Notes: generated by a model from the sequence alone, not told the origin. A DNA stretch of 64,000 nt from Ramazzottius varieornatus (GCA_001949185.1 BDGG01000009.1:919624-983623), one strand, 5' to 3'. Counted from the stretch's first letter, positions 11,956-25,202 are shown. Numbers and translations are program-made.

Positions 11956-12612
11956 ACTAACAAAGGAACGAAGGTCGGTCTGAGAGGCCAAAACTCTTCC
12001 AACTTCTTCCATCGAAAGTACTCGGTCCTGGCTACTGTTTCAAGGTAGTTTCAACTGCCGATAAGAATCTTCTGGCCCAAGAGAAAATTACGAATGCCTG
12101 GAGCCCTCTTGAAACCACTGTGGGACCTCTGGCTTTTCGACGTCTACACGGTCTCGTATCGTCCGAAACATGACGTCTCTAGCAACAAAAATGCATCAGA
12201 TGAACTATTGAACACTTCTTGTGTATCAGTTTAGCGAAACAACAGTTTTCGTTTTCGTAGAAGCTTTCGTGGAAGTTTTCGTGGTGGACCACTCATCGAT
12301 GGAAAACCGACGAAAACGAAATCTTTTGTTTCGCTAAACTGCAACAGCAGAAGTGTTTAATAGTTCATCTGATGCATTTTTGTTGCTAGAGACGTCATGT
12401 TTCGGACGATACGAGACCGTGTAGACGTCGAAAAGCCAGAGGTCCCACAGTGGTTTCAAGAGGGCTCCAGGCATTCGTAATTTTCTCTTGGGCCAGAAGA
12501 TTCTTATCGGCAGTTGAAACTACCTTGAAACAGTAGCCAGGACCGAGTACTTTCGATGGAAGAAGTTGGAAGAGTTTTGGCCTCTCAGACCGACCTTCGT
12601 TCCGTTGTTGGT
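11956..12612. repeat. Long foldback inverted repeat (245-bp identical arms plus diverged inner arms)
   Basis: 11965-12209 is the reverse complement of 12359-12603; imperfect pairing continues inward to a short loop near 12265-12305. Confidence 0.95.
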
Positions 12613-12665
12613 TAGAGGTAAAACACTTTCATTTGCGACAAATAAAAAACGTCCAGCTCGACGAA

Positions 12666-15340
12666 CTACACTGAGTTGCCTTCACTCATCGATTCGGGAC
12701 TTACAAAATCTTGATCCAACGGTTCGTCGGCGGTCAGGTTCTTCCCGGTGAACTTATGGTCGGAGGATCGTTTCAACATCTCCCGTATTGCCATCGTCGC
12801 GTAAGTCGACGACGGCAAGGTGAACTTGACAGCTACGGCTGTGTGAATACCTGTAATGTTCGTCAAGATGGATCTTCAGTCGCACTTTCGACAAAGCGAA
12901 GCTCGTCATATAACCCAATCAGATCATCTTTGCAGAGAGGCGCACGCTTTCAGCCAACAACACTGTAAACGTGCGCTCCTTGGAAAAACGATCTTGTCGA
13001 CTTTGTCTGCCGAGCTCCAAGGTGTTTTTCGTAAGTGCATAGAACTGATAGCAGCGCAGTTACCTTCATTTTTCTTGGGCTCTTCAACTTTTCCCTCCAA
13101 GAGATCCAGATCAGACAGCTGCAGGTCTTGGTTGACGTCGTTATACCGAATAATCTGCCAGGATGCATCGGTCGGACGGCAGATCACTCTTCGGTAGCAT
13201 CCAGCCAGCGAGTAGTCCCTGAAAAAGCACGGACAGACCGATCAAAAACGAGCTCTAAGATATAGAGAACAGAAACCATTTTCCCCGTCAGGCTTACTTC
13301 ACTTTATGTTTGGCACGAAGATCTATTACGTCCGCTTCCATAAGCTCGAACAGGTATTTCGAAACTAAAGACAGACGAACAGTTACACCGTATGTACTGC
13401 GTAATATCTTGGGCACGTGAGTACAAGTATACCCGCATTGTCTGGATATTGTACGTCGTAGCCAGGGATGGGCATGACCACGTCCGAAAAGGAATACTGT
13501 TCTACATTATCTGAAGTGACGACCACAACGTCGTCTTCCTGCTTCTCACTGGTTCGCAGACGCTTCGCACTCGGCTCTGCGCTGCTCCTGACAACCAGGT
13601 CTCCAGCCGCAGGCTTCCTGCCCAATGTACGAAGCCGATACGAAACTGCCAAGTTCCACAAATAACTGCAAAACAGAAAGAACAGTGCAACTGTGAGCTC
13701 GGGTGCTAACTCGACAAGGTTGTTTTCCTAACCGGCGCATTTGTAATGTGTTTTTGGCTGGGGTTTGCGCCACTTGAGAGAACGATTTGGTTCAGTTTCA
13801 AAGTGGCGCACCGTCTCGAAGGTATCGGAAGAGAGCCTGCGCCACTTGGAAAACCGATCTTGCCGAGCTTCCAAACGTGCGCGATGCATCTTGCCGAGCT
13901 TCCAAACGTGCGCGATGCAAAGAAGGAATAACTTACCTTTGATAACTGTGGACATACATCAGCCGCGTATTTCTCGAGATGTTTTGTATGGCACCGAAAG
14001 GGTCATTCTTGTGGCTTCTCGCTAAGCCTTGAAGTAACTGGGCTTCGATGCAGGAGCGGTTCCCAATGGCCTTCAACGCGGCTTCCGCGTCCTTCGTTTC
14101 AGCCCAGACCTTCCGACATCGCTGAACTCTTTCATGTTCGTTACTGCGTTCCTTCATGATGGCTTCCACTGCAGCATTCCAGTCGGCCTTTAACAGAGCC
14201 TTCCCCACTTCCACAGTGGAGACTTCAGTCGTACCGAACCTCTGTAAGCCGAAGTAGTTGACGAAGCCCTGTTTCACGAAGGCATCTGTGGAAGCTCGGA
14301 TGGTGTCTTCATCCGCTGTGACGTTGCGGATGACCAGCCGGAAATAGTTTCCAGTCAGGTCGCCGAGATGCAGCGGCTCTTTCTCGAAGGTGAAATTGCC
14401 GAGGCGGATGCTGTTTCGAGAGAACTGGGCTAGACGCTGAGGATCTCGGAACTTGATGGAAACTCGCTGGACCGTCTTTGCACGCTTGTCTTTCACGCCG
14501 GCATACTGTATGCACCGAGGAGGCACTCGAAGAAAACCACCCATATTGTTCACAACTGAAAATTTCAGTCGGTCATGATACTGAAACTCGGATAAGAAGC
14601 TCGGCCAGATTGTTCTTTCATGTGGCGCACGCAACCAGCCAATTCCGCCGAAGAGGTGCGCCACTTAGGGAGTAAGTACTGTACAAACTTACCTTCCATA
14701 GTGTCCATATTCTCCTTGTACAGAGTGAAATGGATGTGGTCACAGGGCGATTGTCGGTTGCGCGAAGCTTCCTGACGGCGAAATTGTTCCGAACTTCCGG
14801 ACGCCCGTGAGATTTCAATGGCCTGTGCACCGTCGGCATTCTTTTTCGGTGTCCTCAACAGTCGATCCTGATGGAAATGGGCTTCCAGTTGGTGATGCAG
14901 TAGCCGTCGTCGTTCCTTATTGTCCGGTGCCTGAAATACCATACTATTACGAGTACTGTGAATTAGAAAGCAAGCGTTCCTGACACGCTGAATCACCTGG
15001 ACCAACCGGAATTTCGATAGTCTTCTTTCCCGATGTTAGGAACTGCGTTATCAATTCTATCAAGTCAGCAGTAAGAGGCCCGGCGTCTGATATTGTTGGT
15101 GCGGCCTCCCTCAGCATATCTTTGTCGATCCCCAGTTTCGTTAGACGCACGATCTCGCCATTGGTATCCACTTCGTTGACCAGAAAGTCGGACAACCTGC
15201 AACAAAACCAAGCTCAACCGTCATCAATGGTCAGCTGATCGTCTAGTGCGGACTTACCGACACTTCAGCTGTCCATCGAAACCGCCAGCGCCTTCGTTGA
15301 GGAACTCGGTTATACCAAACCGTAGGTCCTTGTCGTCCAT
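12666..15340 (-). CDS. PUS7: Pseudouridylate synthase 7 (TruD family), multi-exon
   Basis: FGITEF..FDGQLKCR/SDFLVNEV, HFTLYKENMDTME, YAGVKDKRAKTVQ, LGDLTGNYF, GFVNYFGLQRFGT, RLMYVHSYQ, DVVMPIPG, FTLPSSTYATMAIREML. Confidence 0.95.
12915..13018. repeat. Palindromic element, PUS7 intron
   Basis: Core plus gtcgactttgtctgccgagctcc arm. Confidence 0.85.
13696..13873. repeat. Palindromic element, 2 cores, PUS7 intron
   Basis: gagctcggg ... gccgagctt arms. Confidence 0.85.
13857..13918. repeat. 31-bp tandem duplication at the end of an intronic element
   Basis: atcttgccgagcttccaaacgtgcgcgatgc x2. Confidence 0.85.
14597..14670. repeat. Palindromic element, truncated, PUS7 intron
   Basis: Left arm remnant plus core. 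Confidence 0.8.
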
Positions 15341-15824
15341 GCTGAGGCTTGTAAGGAGCAAATTGAAGGGACGAGTGCGTGTGTTGAGGAGGGGTTCGAG
15401 AGAAGGATAAAGTCGGAGAAAGGGTTCTGTCTCCACCACTGACGAGCGTATATGGGGTAATCTATCGGACTCCGACGCCAATCGGCTTGCATTGTTTGAC
15501 CTTTAGATTGCAGTAACCTTTACCCCATATGCTGTTAACGGAACAGCTTCCCCAATGCTCATTCCGCTCGACTCTGAGCCAGAAGGTCGACACATCAACT
15601 CTCCTTGTGCACCAGACTTTACGACAAAAGTTTCACAAAAAAATCAAATTCTACGGGAAAGGTCAAACAATGCAAGCCGTAGGGTAAAATCTGTCAGAGG
15701 AAAAAGACGGCCGTTTTACTTCCGCTCGTAGTGTTTTGTTTGATTGCTGCATCAGTTTTCGTGGATTTGGAAATTCATTCCGTGGTTTGAATTATTCACA
15801 GTCCGATAGATTAGCCCATGTACG

Positions 15825-15953
15825 CTGACGAGCTGCTGAACATCGTGTTGCACAAAGTTGATTTGCTTGATTGCTGCTACAACATACGAGTGATTGATTG
15901 ATTGATGGGCACTACTATCAGTTTGCGCAGCACGATGTTCAGCAGCTCGTCAG
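15825..15953. repeat. Palindrome (GAGCTGCTGA family, copy 2)
   Basis: ctgacgagctgctgaacatcgtg pairs with cacgatgttcagcagctcgtcag; (tgat)n centre. Confidence 0.8.
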
Positions 15954-16264
15954 TGGTCTCCACTCTCCAGATGCAACGGTAAGCTATTCATATATGACGT
16001 GACATACAACATGACATAGCTGACATGATCTGACACGACACCACTCTTGAATGCAAGAGGTCCTGGCCGCATTTTACCCTGGTTCTTCGGATTTATTTTG
16101 TTCAAAAACCAGAATAGTCCACCACTACAACAGTTTGACTACGTCAAGTCTAATTTATAAGGGAACTGAGCTTACCGACAACCAGTAACAGCGAGATCTA
16201 ATACAAAAACAACAAATGAGAAAGAAAAATTTGCATCACATCTATTGGAATAAGACCAAAGCAG

Positions 16265-18276
16265 TCATACGACTTGAGGGAACTGTTTAGAGTTATGGTG
16301 CCTCCTCCTCGAAAAAATGCAAAAAACAGAGGCTATGCTTCTCAAGAACCGGATCAGATATCCACGCATTTCTTCTTGGTTCCGACTGTATACATTCAGG
16401 TATACACCCAAAAGTACCACTCCACCGGCCCATAAATACTGCAGAGTGAAGGGCTTGGAAAAAGCCAGGAAGGATATCACTATTGACAGAGCTTTCCTGA
16501 AGGTCGTCACTACAAAAAATTCCAGTCAGAGATTAATCGAGAAAATCGAGAGTTCAGCTAACGAACCCAACCAAATCGTTTTTCCAAGTGGCTCACGCTT
16601 CCAGCCAATATCACTAGATGTGTGCGTCACTTGGGAAAACATTCTGGACGAGTGTGTCTGCCGAGCTTCGAATTTTACGGACGGGCCAATGTTCTAACTC
16701 ACCACTCATGGCTATAAAAGCGCCAAAAGAAACGACCATTGTTAGGACCATTTGGACTCCAATGTAGCCTGTCGCGCCAAAAAGAGCGGCATACGCGTAG
16801 AACTTTGGGTTCTGCAAAAGAAGTATTATGGTTAGGCAAAGTAATTTTTTGTGGTAGCATTATCATATGATCAGAGTTCGGACGAACATCATAACAATAT
16901 GTGAATGCGCGGAAAAACTCTCCGGTGATTAAAAGACCGGCAAAGACGTATACAGCCCCAATCAAATGCGTAAAGTAAACCACTTCTAGCGTGTTTCCGT
17001 GGTACAGCCGTACTGCCTTTTCCTGGATATTGCCGATGGCGGCATCCGCAGTAAGAGCCAGGCAAACGAACAGAACGCCTACAACCAAGATAACACAGTT
17101 CGTCACGGTGTGAATATCAAATTAAGTGGCCTTGTTTCGCTTGAACGAACCTGTCATATTGAAGTTTGGCTGCACTTTGTTGTCAGCCAGAACGAAGAAG
17201 ATCAGCCCGATGCTCATACAGCAAGCTGCCAGGATATCCAGCATCCCGTATTTCTTTCCTACAACAATAAACACTCTGCTTAAAACCGTTCCAGTACTAG
17301 GACTACTGCACTTCCGGTTGGATTCCAGCCAGCTGTGCTCGACAGTTCAACCAACCTTGAATAAGCACTCCGCCTACCAATACTGGTATGAGCTTGCAGC
17401 ACTTGAAAACCACCTGTGTCGGGTAATTCAAATATGCCAAAGACACGTTTGAAAGACCGATGGTTGCCTAAGATCAAAGAGGAACCGGTCTTTGATGAAA
17501 GCAACTTTCCATTGTCAAGATTATGTTACCGATAAACCTACCATAGCCAGAAATCCGATGACCAAGTAATACCGCACAGGGATCCTGCAAGACAATCGAA
17601 AAAATTTGGACGCTGCCACCAGGAGGTGCAAGACTGCAGTGAAAGATGACGGCGAAGTCTCACTTCCGGGTCATATCTGACATGGTCGCCTTCCGTTCCA
17701 TGAAGCTAAACAGCGTATACTGCAGGAACTGCATTAGCGTCAGATACCATCCGAAGTCTTTGTAACCTTCTATCCTGAACATCATCTCCTGCAATAGAGA
17801 GAACAATCCGATGATTAGAGCATATGAAGGATTTCCACAGGATTAGAAAGCCTGTAATTATACAGTACACCGGAAGTATGCTGTTAAGACACACGGGTCG
17901 ACGACGACCGAAGTTCCTCATTTAGCAAAACGTGATTCCAAAGGGGGTGGAAAGCTCGTCATACTTGGACGTATCCATAGATCATAAAACAGCCGAAGAT
18001 TCCGCCTGAGCAGATAAAGAACTTTGCGGCCGGCGAGAAGCGATCTATGTGTATAAAGCAGCATATGCGGTTGTCGTCCCTGTTGCGAGGTTTCTGATCA
18101 TCCCCACTCGTGCCATCTTGAGCTGCAATGTGATCACGGGGATGAGGTTTGTCACGTTCACGTACTCTGTGCCACGTTGACGAAAAACTACCGTCGTTCT
18201 CCTGTCCAACGTCAGGAATCAGGTCGATGCTCGTCTCGTAGTCACTGACGGTCCGCAGCTCCTTCATCTGCTGCAT
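16265..18276 (-). CDS. SLC35B3: PAPS transporter 2 (UAA nucleotide-sugar transporter family), multi-exon
   Basis: FMIYGYVQ, FGWYLTL, YLNYPTQVVFKCCKLIPV, ADAAIGNIQEK, TTFRKALSIVISFLAFSKPFTLQY. Confidence 0.92.
16550..16668. repeat. Palindromic element, SLC35B3 intron
   Basis: Arms plus one core. Confidence 0.85.
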
Positions 18277-18816
18277 GTTCGTTAATGTGCAGGCCGACGA
18301 TGATGCAGAGGCAGCCTACCCCCGAAGCAGAAACAAACCTGGATGAACGCTGCAGAATCTGCGCAGGAACATCGACAAGAAAAGGTAAAATAAAACCAGT
18401 TTGCAATGACGAGATTGCGTTAACCTGGACAAAAGAGTGAGCAAATCAATGGGCCGAGTACCAAGCGGCCTGAAGTAGCGGCGTGGATTGTATACGAACG
18501 TCTTTCAATAGCAAGGCGTCCCGTGTCCGCGAGCTTACGGACAGGCGCCAGTTGACAGCGGAAGTTACCGATTAAGAATTACATCATCTTCTCTAATCTC
18601 GTTCGTTTCTGGCTGCTGTTCCTCCTCCTCAGCTCGCACTTGCAGAGATTCTGCGGATCTTGCTGCATTCTGGTGCACTTTGTGTTGAAAGAGACTAGGA
18701 GGGAATCGCTAGAGGTACTGCATGTCCGAACCGCTTAATCTATGCTTGCAGTAGTGATGGATGTCCAGATGTTTTTCTAGGTAGATATGATTACGAGTGC
18801 CTAAACACCCAAGGAG

Positions 18817-20765
18817 ATGTCGGTATCCACATCGCTGCGATCGAAGCTGTTGAGCCTGATGAAGTCGGATAGACTGTTTCTCACCGTTCCATGCTGTGCC
18901 GTGCCAACTCGCTCTTCTCTGCCAAGCCGGCAGCTGACAGCGCTGTCGAGGAGGAACTTAAGCGTCCCTTCGCGGTATGTCGCTACTCTTCCCGTTGAGC
19001 GGCTAAAATTGGACGATCCACTAGCAGAGTCTGTCACAACCTCGCCGGAGGTATCGCCGTATCAGATAGTCGAAAAGGATTTACTGGCATGTTATCGAGA
19101 AATCAAAGCGGTAAGTCTTCCTTCTCGGTCAAGTCCAACAGTGCACTTTCTGTATGATTACGGTGGGCGTTTTTAATTGTTTATGTAGGACCTCGCTTGC
19201 GATCTTCCGGAGCTGGTGGAACTTGCCCAATACTATTTCACGGCCCACGGAAAGGCGTTCCGACCCATGGTTGTTCTTTTGATGGCGGAAATCTGTGCAA
19301 AGGATAGCGGAGGTGTCGTGTGAGATTTTGCTCCGAATTTCCACCTTCAAGCGTATGGTGAAATTTTGGAGCTTGACATGAGATTTGTTATTTGCAGGAG
19401 TACGGTGGCAGCTAAACAGCGGAGAGTGGCAGTGATAACGGAAATGATCCACACAGCCAGCTTGATACACGACGATGTCATCGATGAGGCGGATACACGG
19501 AGGAACCAGCCCAGCCTGCACAAAGTGTGGGGCGAAAAGAAGGTAAGGTCCGCTGTACCTCTCGCCCGTATTGTATTCTTTCCTGCTGGTCCAGCGTGCG
19601 GCATGAATTGTCTTTTGGATTTGCAGGCTATTTTGGCCGGTGATTATATTCTTTCAGTGGCTTCCCGGGAACTGGCAAAGTTGAGGAACCCGGACGTGAT
19701 CATTTGTCTCGCGCAAGTGATCGAAGACCTTGTGAAAGGCGAACTGATGCAAATCGGGTCGAAAGATGGTACGGCGTCCAGCCGGTTAACAGCCTATCTG
19801 AGCAAGACCTATTACAAAACGGCTAGCTTACTGGCCAACAGCTGTAAAGCGGTAAGTGGGCCTATGTAGAAAGCTCGGCAAACAAACTCGACCAGATTGT
19901 TTTCTCAAGTGGCGCACGTTCACATGTAATTGGCAGTGGAAGTGCGCCGCTTTAGAAAGGAACCTATCGACCTTGTTTGCCGAACGGCGAGCTCCTATAT
20001 TGCGTCGATACTGTCCAGTGCGCCTCGTAAGACTAACAAACGGTCTTGTAGGTGGCAATGTTGAGCAACTGCTCGGAGGAAGCTGTGGAAAGATGTTACC
20101 AGTTTGGCAAGACCTTAGGCATGGCTTTTCAGCTTGTGGATGACAAGCTGGACTTTGTCGCTACGGCGGATGACATGGGGAAGCCAACAGCGGTTGATCT
20201 AACGTTAGGACTTGCCACAGCTCCTGTTTTGTTCGCAGCTGAAAAGGTTAGTCGAGTTACTATCGAAGTTGTCCACCTTTGCTTGTACAATGCCATCTTA
20301 CTGGCTGCCTTGTTTCCAGGATCTCAGTCTTGATGCCCTGATACAAAGGAGGTTTTCCAAAGCTGGAGACGTGAGCATAGCACGGCAAGCCGTTATCGAG
20401 GTAAGTTGGGGAAAAATGGGATGTCGTCCGACGAAACTTACAAGATTGTTTTCTGGACTGGCGCACGGTCTAATTGGTTTTAGCTGAAGGCGTGCGCCAC
20501 TCAACATAGCGACCCTGCAAGTTTCGTTTGCGGACTCGCGGTTATTTAGCTGAGTTTAGCTTCACTTCCGATTGAATAAAAATAGGGCCAAGTCGTGTTC
20601 ACTTCCGTGCTCGTATTATTGCAGCACAAGGGCGTGGACCAAACGCACAATTTGGCCGGCAAATACTGCCAAGAAGCCACGAAGTGTTTGAGCTCGTTTC
20701 AGAGCTCGAGGGAAAAAGATGCCCTTTTGAAAGTTATCGATATGGTTCTCACGAGATCGAAATAA
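18817..20765 (+). CDS. PDSS1: Decaprenyl-diphosphate synthase subunit 1 (trans-prenyltransferase), multi-exon
   Basis: Basic presequence-like N-terminus; GKAFRP, EMIHTASLIHDDVID (FARM), AILAGDYILS, KTYYKTASL, GMAFQLVDDKLDF (SARM), LGLATAPVLFA; ends VLTRSK*. Confidence 0.93.
19871..19996. repeat. Palindromic element, PDSS1 intron
   Basis: Near-consensus left arm agctcggcaaacaaactcgaccagattg. Confidence 0.9.
20420..20538. repeat. Palindromic element, PDSS1 last intron
   Basis: tggcgcac..gtgcgccact core with decayed arms. Confidence 0.8.
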
Positions 20766-21174
20766 TGTTTGTACTTCGCTCCTTCCTTCTTGTGTGGCCA
20801 TTTTGATGTGAAATCCGGTTACCCCAGAGTGGTGATTTTATCAATTCACTGCCGTCTGACGGAGTTCCCGTTGATGCATTTTTTGTGGTCAATTTTTTCT
20901 GACAGTTACGAGTGACTGTTACTGATTCTTATTTCATCTCGCTTCCAACTTTGACCCATATCCCGAATCTTGAATCGTAACGAGAGAACAAAATTACTGT
21001 ATTCCCCCGATATCTTCGCGAATCCCGTTACTCGTGGTGCCACCTACAGGACGTACGTCATCCATACATGCGCGCCTATCCGCTGTACGTCATGTACGTT
21101 TGGTAGGTGGCGCCATGGGTATCAGGCTTCGCGGAGATATCGGGGAATACAGTACGTCTCACGATCAACGCGAA

Positions 21175-21282
21175 CGAACTGGACAAGATTGGTTTCTTCA
21201 AGTCGCGCACTTTTTCGGCCATTAATCCCGGGTTTTGCGCAACGTGGTAAAACAAGATTGTAGAGTCTATTTGCCGTGCTCT
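21175..21282. repeat. Palindromic element between convergent PDSS1 and AP5Z1 3' ends
   Basis: aagtcgcgcac..ttgcgcaacgt core and arms. Confidence 0.7.
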
Positions 21283-21367
21283 CAACTCATAATTAAGATG
21301 CAACGCTATTGGATAAAAGAACAAAGCAAGGAAAAGATATCAACTGAAAAGATAATCTGGGAGGAAA

Positions 21368-24300
21368 TCACAAGGACTGGCCAGACATGAGTTCTTGATG
21401 TTCTTCGGCAACAGATTTCAGCGTTCGAATGGCTTCCAGCACTTCTGGTTCCGGCGAGATGGACAAGTTCATTACAATTTCGGAAACGCTGGGCAATTCG
21501 AGCAGTTTAATGAGTGAGTTGATTTGGTCCACTATCAGAAACCGTTGCTCTTCGGGGTATTCTCGCGTCTTCTTGACCACATTGTTGAGGCAGATAACGG
21601 CCCGTCGAGTCGACGCGTGCGTCATGCTGCCCACCTGCAAAGAATACACACGAAGAATGAAAGATCGGCCATAGTAACAAGTTGCAATAGCTTACTTTGG
21701 TCATGGTTTGCAGACATGTTTCAAACAGTTCCATTCTCCAGTCGTCGGACAGGGAGCCATGGCCTTTCGTCAGCTGTGTCTTGATCACGTCATAGGTGAG
21801 CGACTCAATGGTTCCGAAAAACTTGTCGAAGACCTCGGGAGAAGTCTGCGCAACGTCCCCGGGTAAGTGTTGTCCAATGCACCAAACCTTTAATGCAACA
21901 ACGCCCCGTTGTACCGTCTCGTTTGGGAGCTGGGCAAATAAGACGGCTTTGCCAAGCGGCGCACGTTACCCGTGATATCGGCTGGAAGCGTGCATCACTT
22001 GGGGGAAACGGTTTTATCGAATTTCTTTGCCAAGCTCCATTGACAACTATTAGCTGAACCAGAAATCAGATTAATGTTAACAATACCAGCGAAGTCAGGA
22101 ACTTTGCCGACATGAAGTGGTTTGTCACAATGTAGTTGCAGATTTCACTATGGATCTGTACAATGAGGCTGCGGTTCCGGGAAAACAGAAGCGCAAGTCC
22201 ATTTGCCATTACGCTGCAAAAGCAAAGATATAGCTTCCCATATACACTAGAGTTCTAGTAGCTTGAGAAAGATCGGTAAAGCAAAGGGCGTAAGATTAGG
22301 TACTCCTCGATAAGTGGAGTAGCTGGATGCGAGTAGCTGGAATACAAGGAATGCATCCGCTCAAGCACGGAAGAGGCCAGGTCCTTCATGATTTCCTGGT
22401 TCTTTGTAGAGGAGGCCACGCAGCCGAAGTACGAACTGTAAAAAATGCCGGTGTGTGATGCAGTACGTAGAACTGACAGCAGACTGGCAGGAAAATCTCA
22501 GTTTGTACCTGAGCAAAGCTGTGACAGCCGTCGAGCAGAAAATAACGCGATCGTGAATGGCAATTTCGCGCAGCATTCGATGTGCTTCTGCGATACTGTA
22601 AGGAAAGAAAACCGAAGAAATAGATGAAGCCGAGAGGGACTTTCGAGTACAGACTGCTTACTTTTCCAGCACATGAGAGCGACCAGTTTCGTTCCTCAAA
22701 AAGTACTCGAGCACGAACCGAAGACGCTGGTCCCGAGGATGGGCGACTGCCACTTGTCGGACTGCAACCAGATAACTTCTTTCTCCCACCAGCGAAATTT
22801 CCAGTGCAGCCGAAGTGCATGGAAGATCCAGCAACAGATGGAAAATCTACAAAAAGTCAAAAACGAAAGTCACAATTATGCATACGATTTATGAGACGTC
22901 AGCAGACGAATTCACCCGGATCATCATCTCGACCAGCGCACATTTTCGTTGTGACTAGCTAGAACCGCGCACCACTTGGAATAACAACCCTGTGCGTTCC
23001 ATTTGGCGGTCAAAAATATATATTGACAAGAATCTTCGAACTTTCAGTGCAAGACTATCTTGATACCTCGACTGCAGATGTGGGAGTAATCAAAGCCGGA
23101 AGCAGCTTGAGGAATAAGTGAAGGTTCGCTCGGGGGTTCCAGGCTAAGATCTTGAACAGGCTGGGGAAATACCGAGAAAAAATCTTTGTCCGGCTTTTCA
23201 CGGTTTTGTGACTTTGATTCAACTTGGCTAGAAGTTCGGAGCAGAAGATGCTGTCCGTGATGGCACTGTTCGGAACCAGATCACAGAACATGAAGTGCGT
23301 CATATTTTCCAGTTCGAAATTAGCGCTATGACCTGAAACAAGAATGTGTTCGGCACCAATGCACCACTCGAAATGTGTGAATTCCGGTAGTGGAAATGCA
23401 TAGTGGAAATGCACACGTATTTTCACATACCATGGTTCAACATAAAATGAAATGTCGTTAGGAGCACCATCACATCATGGACCTTTCGCATTGCTCTGTC
23501 GTTCAGGTCGACCAGAGATCGGAAGACTTTTCGGACAAAGGCTGGCTTGTATCGGCAAAGCACATCAAGGATCCGCACCGCTTCGGATATCACCTAAAAC
23601 ATCGCACAGTCTCGTACGTCTTAGCCGCTACACCAAGGAAGGGAACCACAGTACTCACAGCATCTTGTAGGCCACAATCGTACGAAGACTTCAGCGGACC
23701 TGCAAAGAGAAAACACGGTGTACTCACTAAGCATCACGATCTGACGACACGATCAAATGCAGATATATTCGAGCAGATCATTTTGCCAAGTGGCGCACGC
23801 TTTCAGTGAGGCTGGCTGGAAACGTGCGCCACTAAGGAAAACGCTCTGGTCGAGTTGGGTTGCCGAGGTCGTTTCTTACGAACTTCCGCCTGTTTCAGTA
23901 CGTGAAGACAGTATGTCAGCGCGACTTCTTCTACACTGTCCATTTGAACTCGGTCGCGGAGCGTGGCCAATGGTATGCTGAGCGGTCCTTCTCCGGCAGA
24001 CGCCGCAACCATAAGCTGACGCGAAGGTAATGTTAGAAGCAAGTCGTACAGCGCTGCGAAGCTCTCAATGTTAGTCTGCTGGTCTTCCGAGTAGTGCTTA
24101 GCTAGACAAAGAACCGTAAAGAAGTGCGCCGGGGTACTGCCGTCGAGTTCCGTCGTGGAGAGAAGCGAGACGGACTTCGAAGACCTCTTCTTATTTTCCG
24201 GCCTATCCTCAAACACGCTGGCATTCAGAAGGCTATTCGACATGCTATAGCACAGCATATCATAGCAATCTGAAAACACAACAGAACCCAAACAGTCCGA

Positions 24301-25202
24301 AAGTCCTGCATGTCCATACTTTCCACAGACAGCGAACAAGGTGACCGGGTCATCGCTTTCCCAAGTGGCGCACACTCCAGTCAGTAACACTGTAAACGTG
24401 CACCACTTGGGTGAACAATCCTGACTTTTGATTGCCAAGTTCTCGGTAATGGCTCACCTTGGTACATGAGGTAGGACGGAATTATTCGTAGATACGATAG
24501 TAAAAAAGCCACGACAGCCTTCTTCGTGGGAATTCCCGCAACTGTATCATTGAGGTTCCTGGGACAGGAAGCGATCGTGCGCAAAGCATTTACTAGAGCC
24601 CAAACCACTCTGCCAAAACTGATCACCGAACTTACCTGGCTAATTCCACGCAATCCTCATGACTAAGAGCTTCCAAACGAGATCCTCGTACCTGCTGGCA
24701 TGTAAAACATCATCCAACGCAACGAGTAGTGCTTGAAGTCATGGTTCGTACCTGGGCACGCATGATATGGAGCAGCACCGGAAGTCTACTGTTGTCCAGC
24801 GCCTGCAGACTTTGGATAGGAACTTTGACATCAGATGCGGCAATTATATCTGCAAGACATCCTGCAACTAGCGTCGAAACTTGTGGATGTATGGTCTTCC
24901 AGTCTTGTAAGACGGAAAGAAGAACGCTGACGAAGCTACTGGCGTAACTGGGGAAGACTCCCAGCTGCAGACCCAAGAACAGATCCCGTAGCGAGACGAT
25001 CAGAAACTCCGTTTGTCTTTCGGTACTGTTCGAAGACAGCGACAGCAGTCTGGAGATGGAGTGCGCACCATTGTTCACTTCTTCCAGGCTCCTGCTCCTG
25101 AAACAAATTTGACTATGACCACGATGGCTCTAACGATGCGAACGCCGCATCTTCGTACCTATACTTTAGGATCAGCTGGTGACATGCGAAGGTTGAGTTC
25201 AT
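21368..25202 (-). CDS. AP5Z1: AP-5 complex subunit zeta-1 (SPG48), multi-exon
   Basis: FPSLFKILAWNP..LLPALI, VWCIGQHL..FDKFFGTIESLTYDV, MTKVGS..RAVICL and LIKLLELPSVSEIV resemble the remembered AP5Z1 C-terminal half. Start codon uncertain. Confidence 0.78.
21926..22038. repeat. Palindromic element, AP5Z1 intron
   Basis: ggagctgggcaaa ... tttgccaagctcc. Confidence 0.85.
22920..23010. repeat. Palindromic element, degenerate, AP5Z1 intron
   Basis: agcgcac..gcgcaccacttgg core. Confidence 0.65.
23765..23870. repeat. Palindromic element, AP5Z1 intron
   Basis: Core plus right arm. Confidence 0.85.
24328..24443. repeat. Palindromic element, AP5Z1 intron
   Basis: Core plus arms. Confidence 0.85.

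Noticed and set aside
13728-14025. Many short ORFs sharing KWRT / VRHL / CATW / QVAH peptides as a protein repeat family
   Set aside because: These are translations of the AAGTGGCGCAC / GTGCGCCACTT core in different frames, inside introns.
19852-20051. Elements as introners (transposons that create the intron)
   Set aside because: Element ends lie roughly 12-60 nt inside unrelated intron flanks and do not supply the GT or AG. They look inserted into existing introns.
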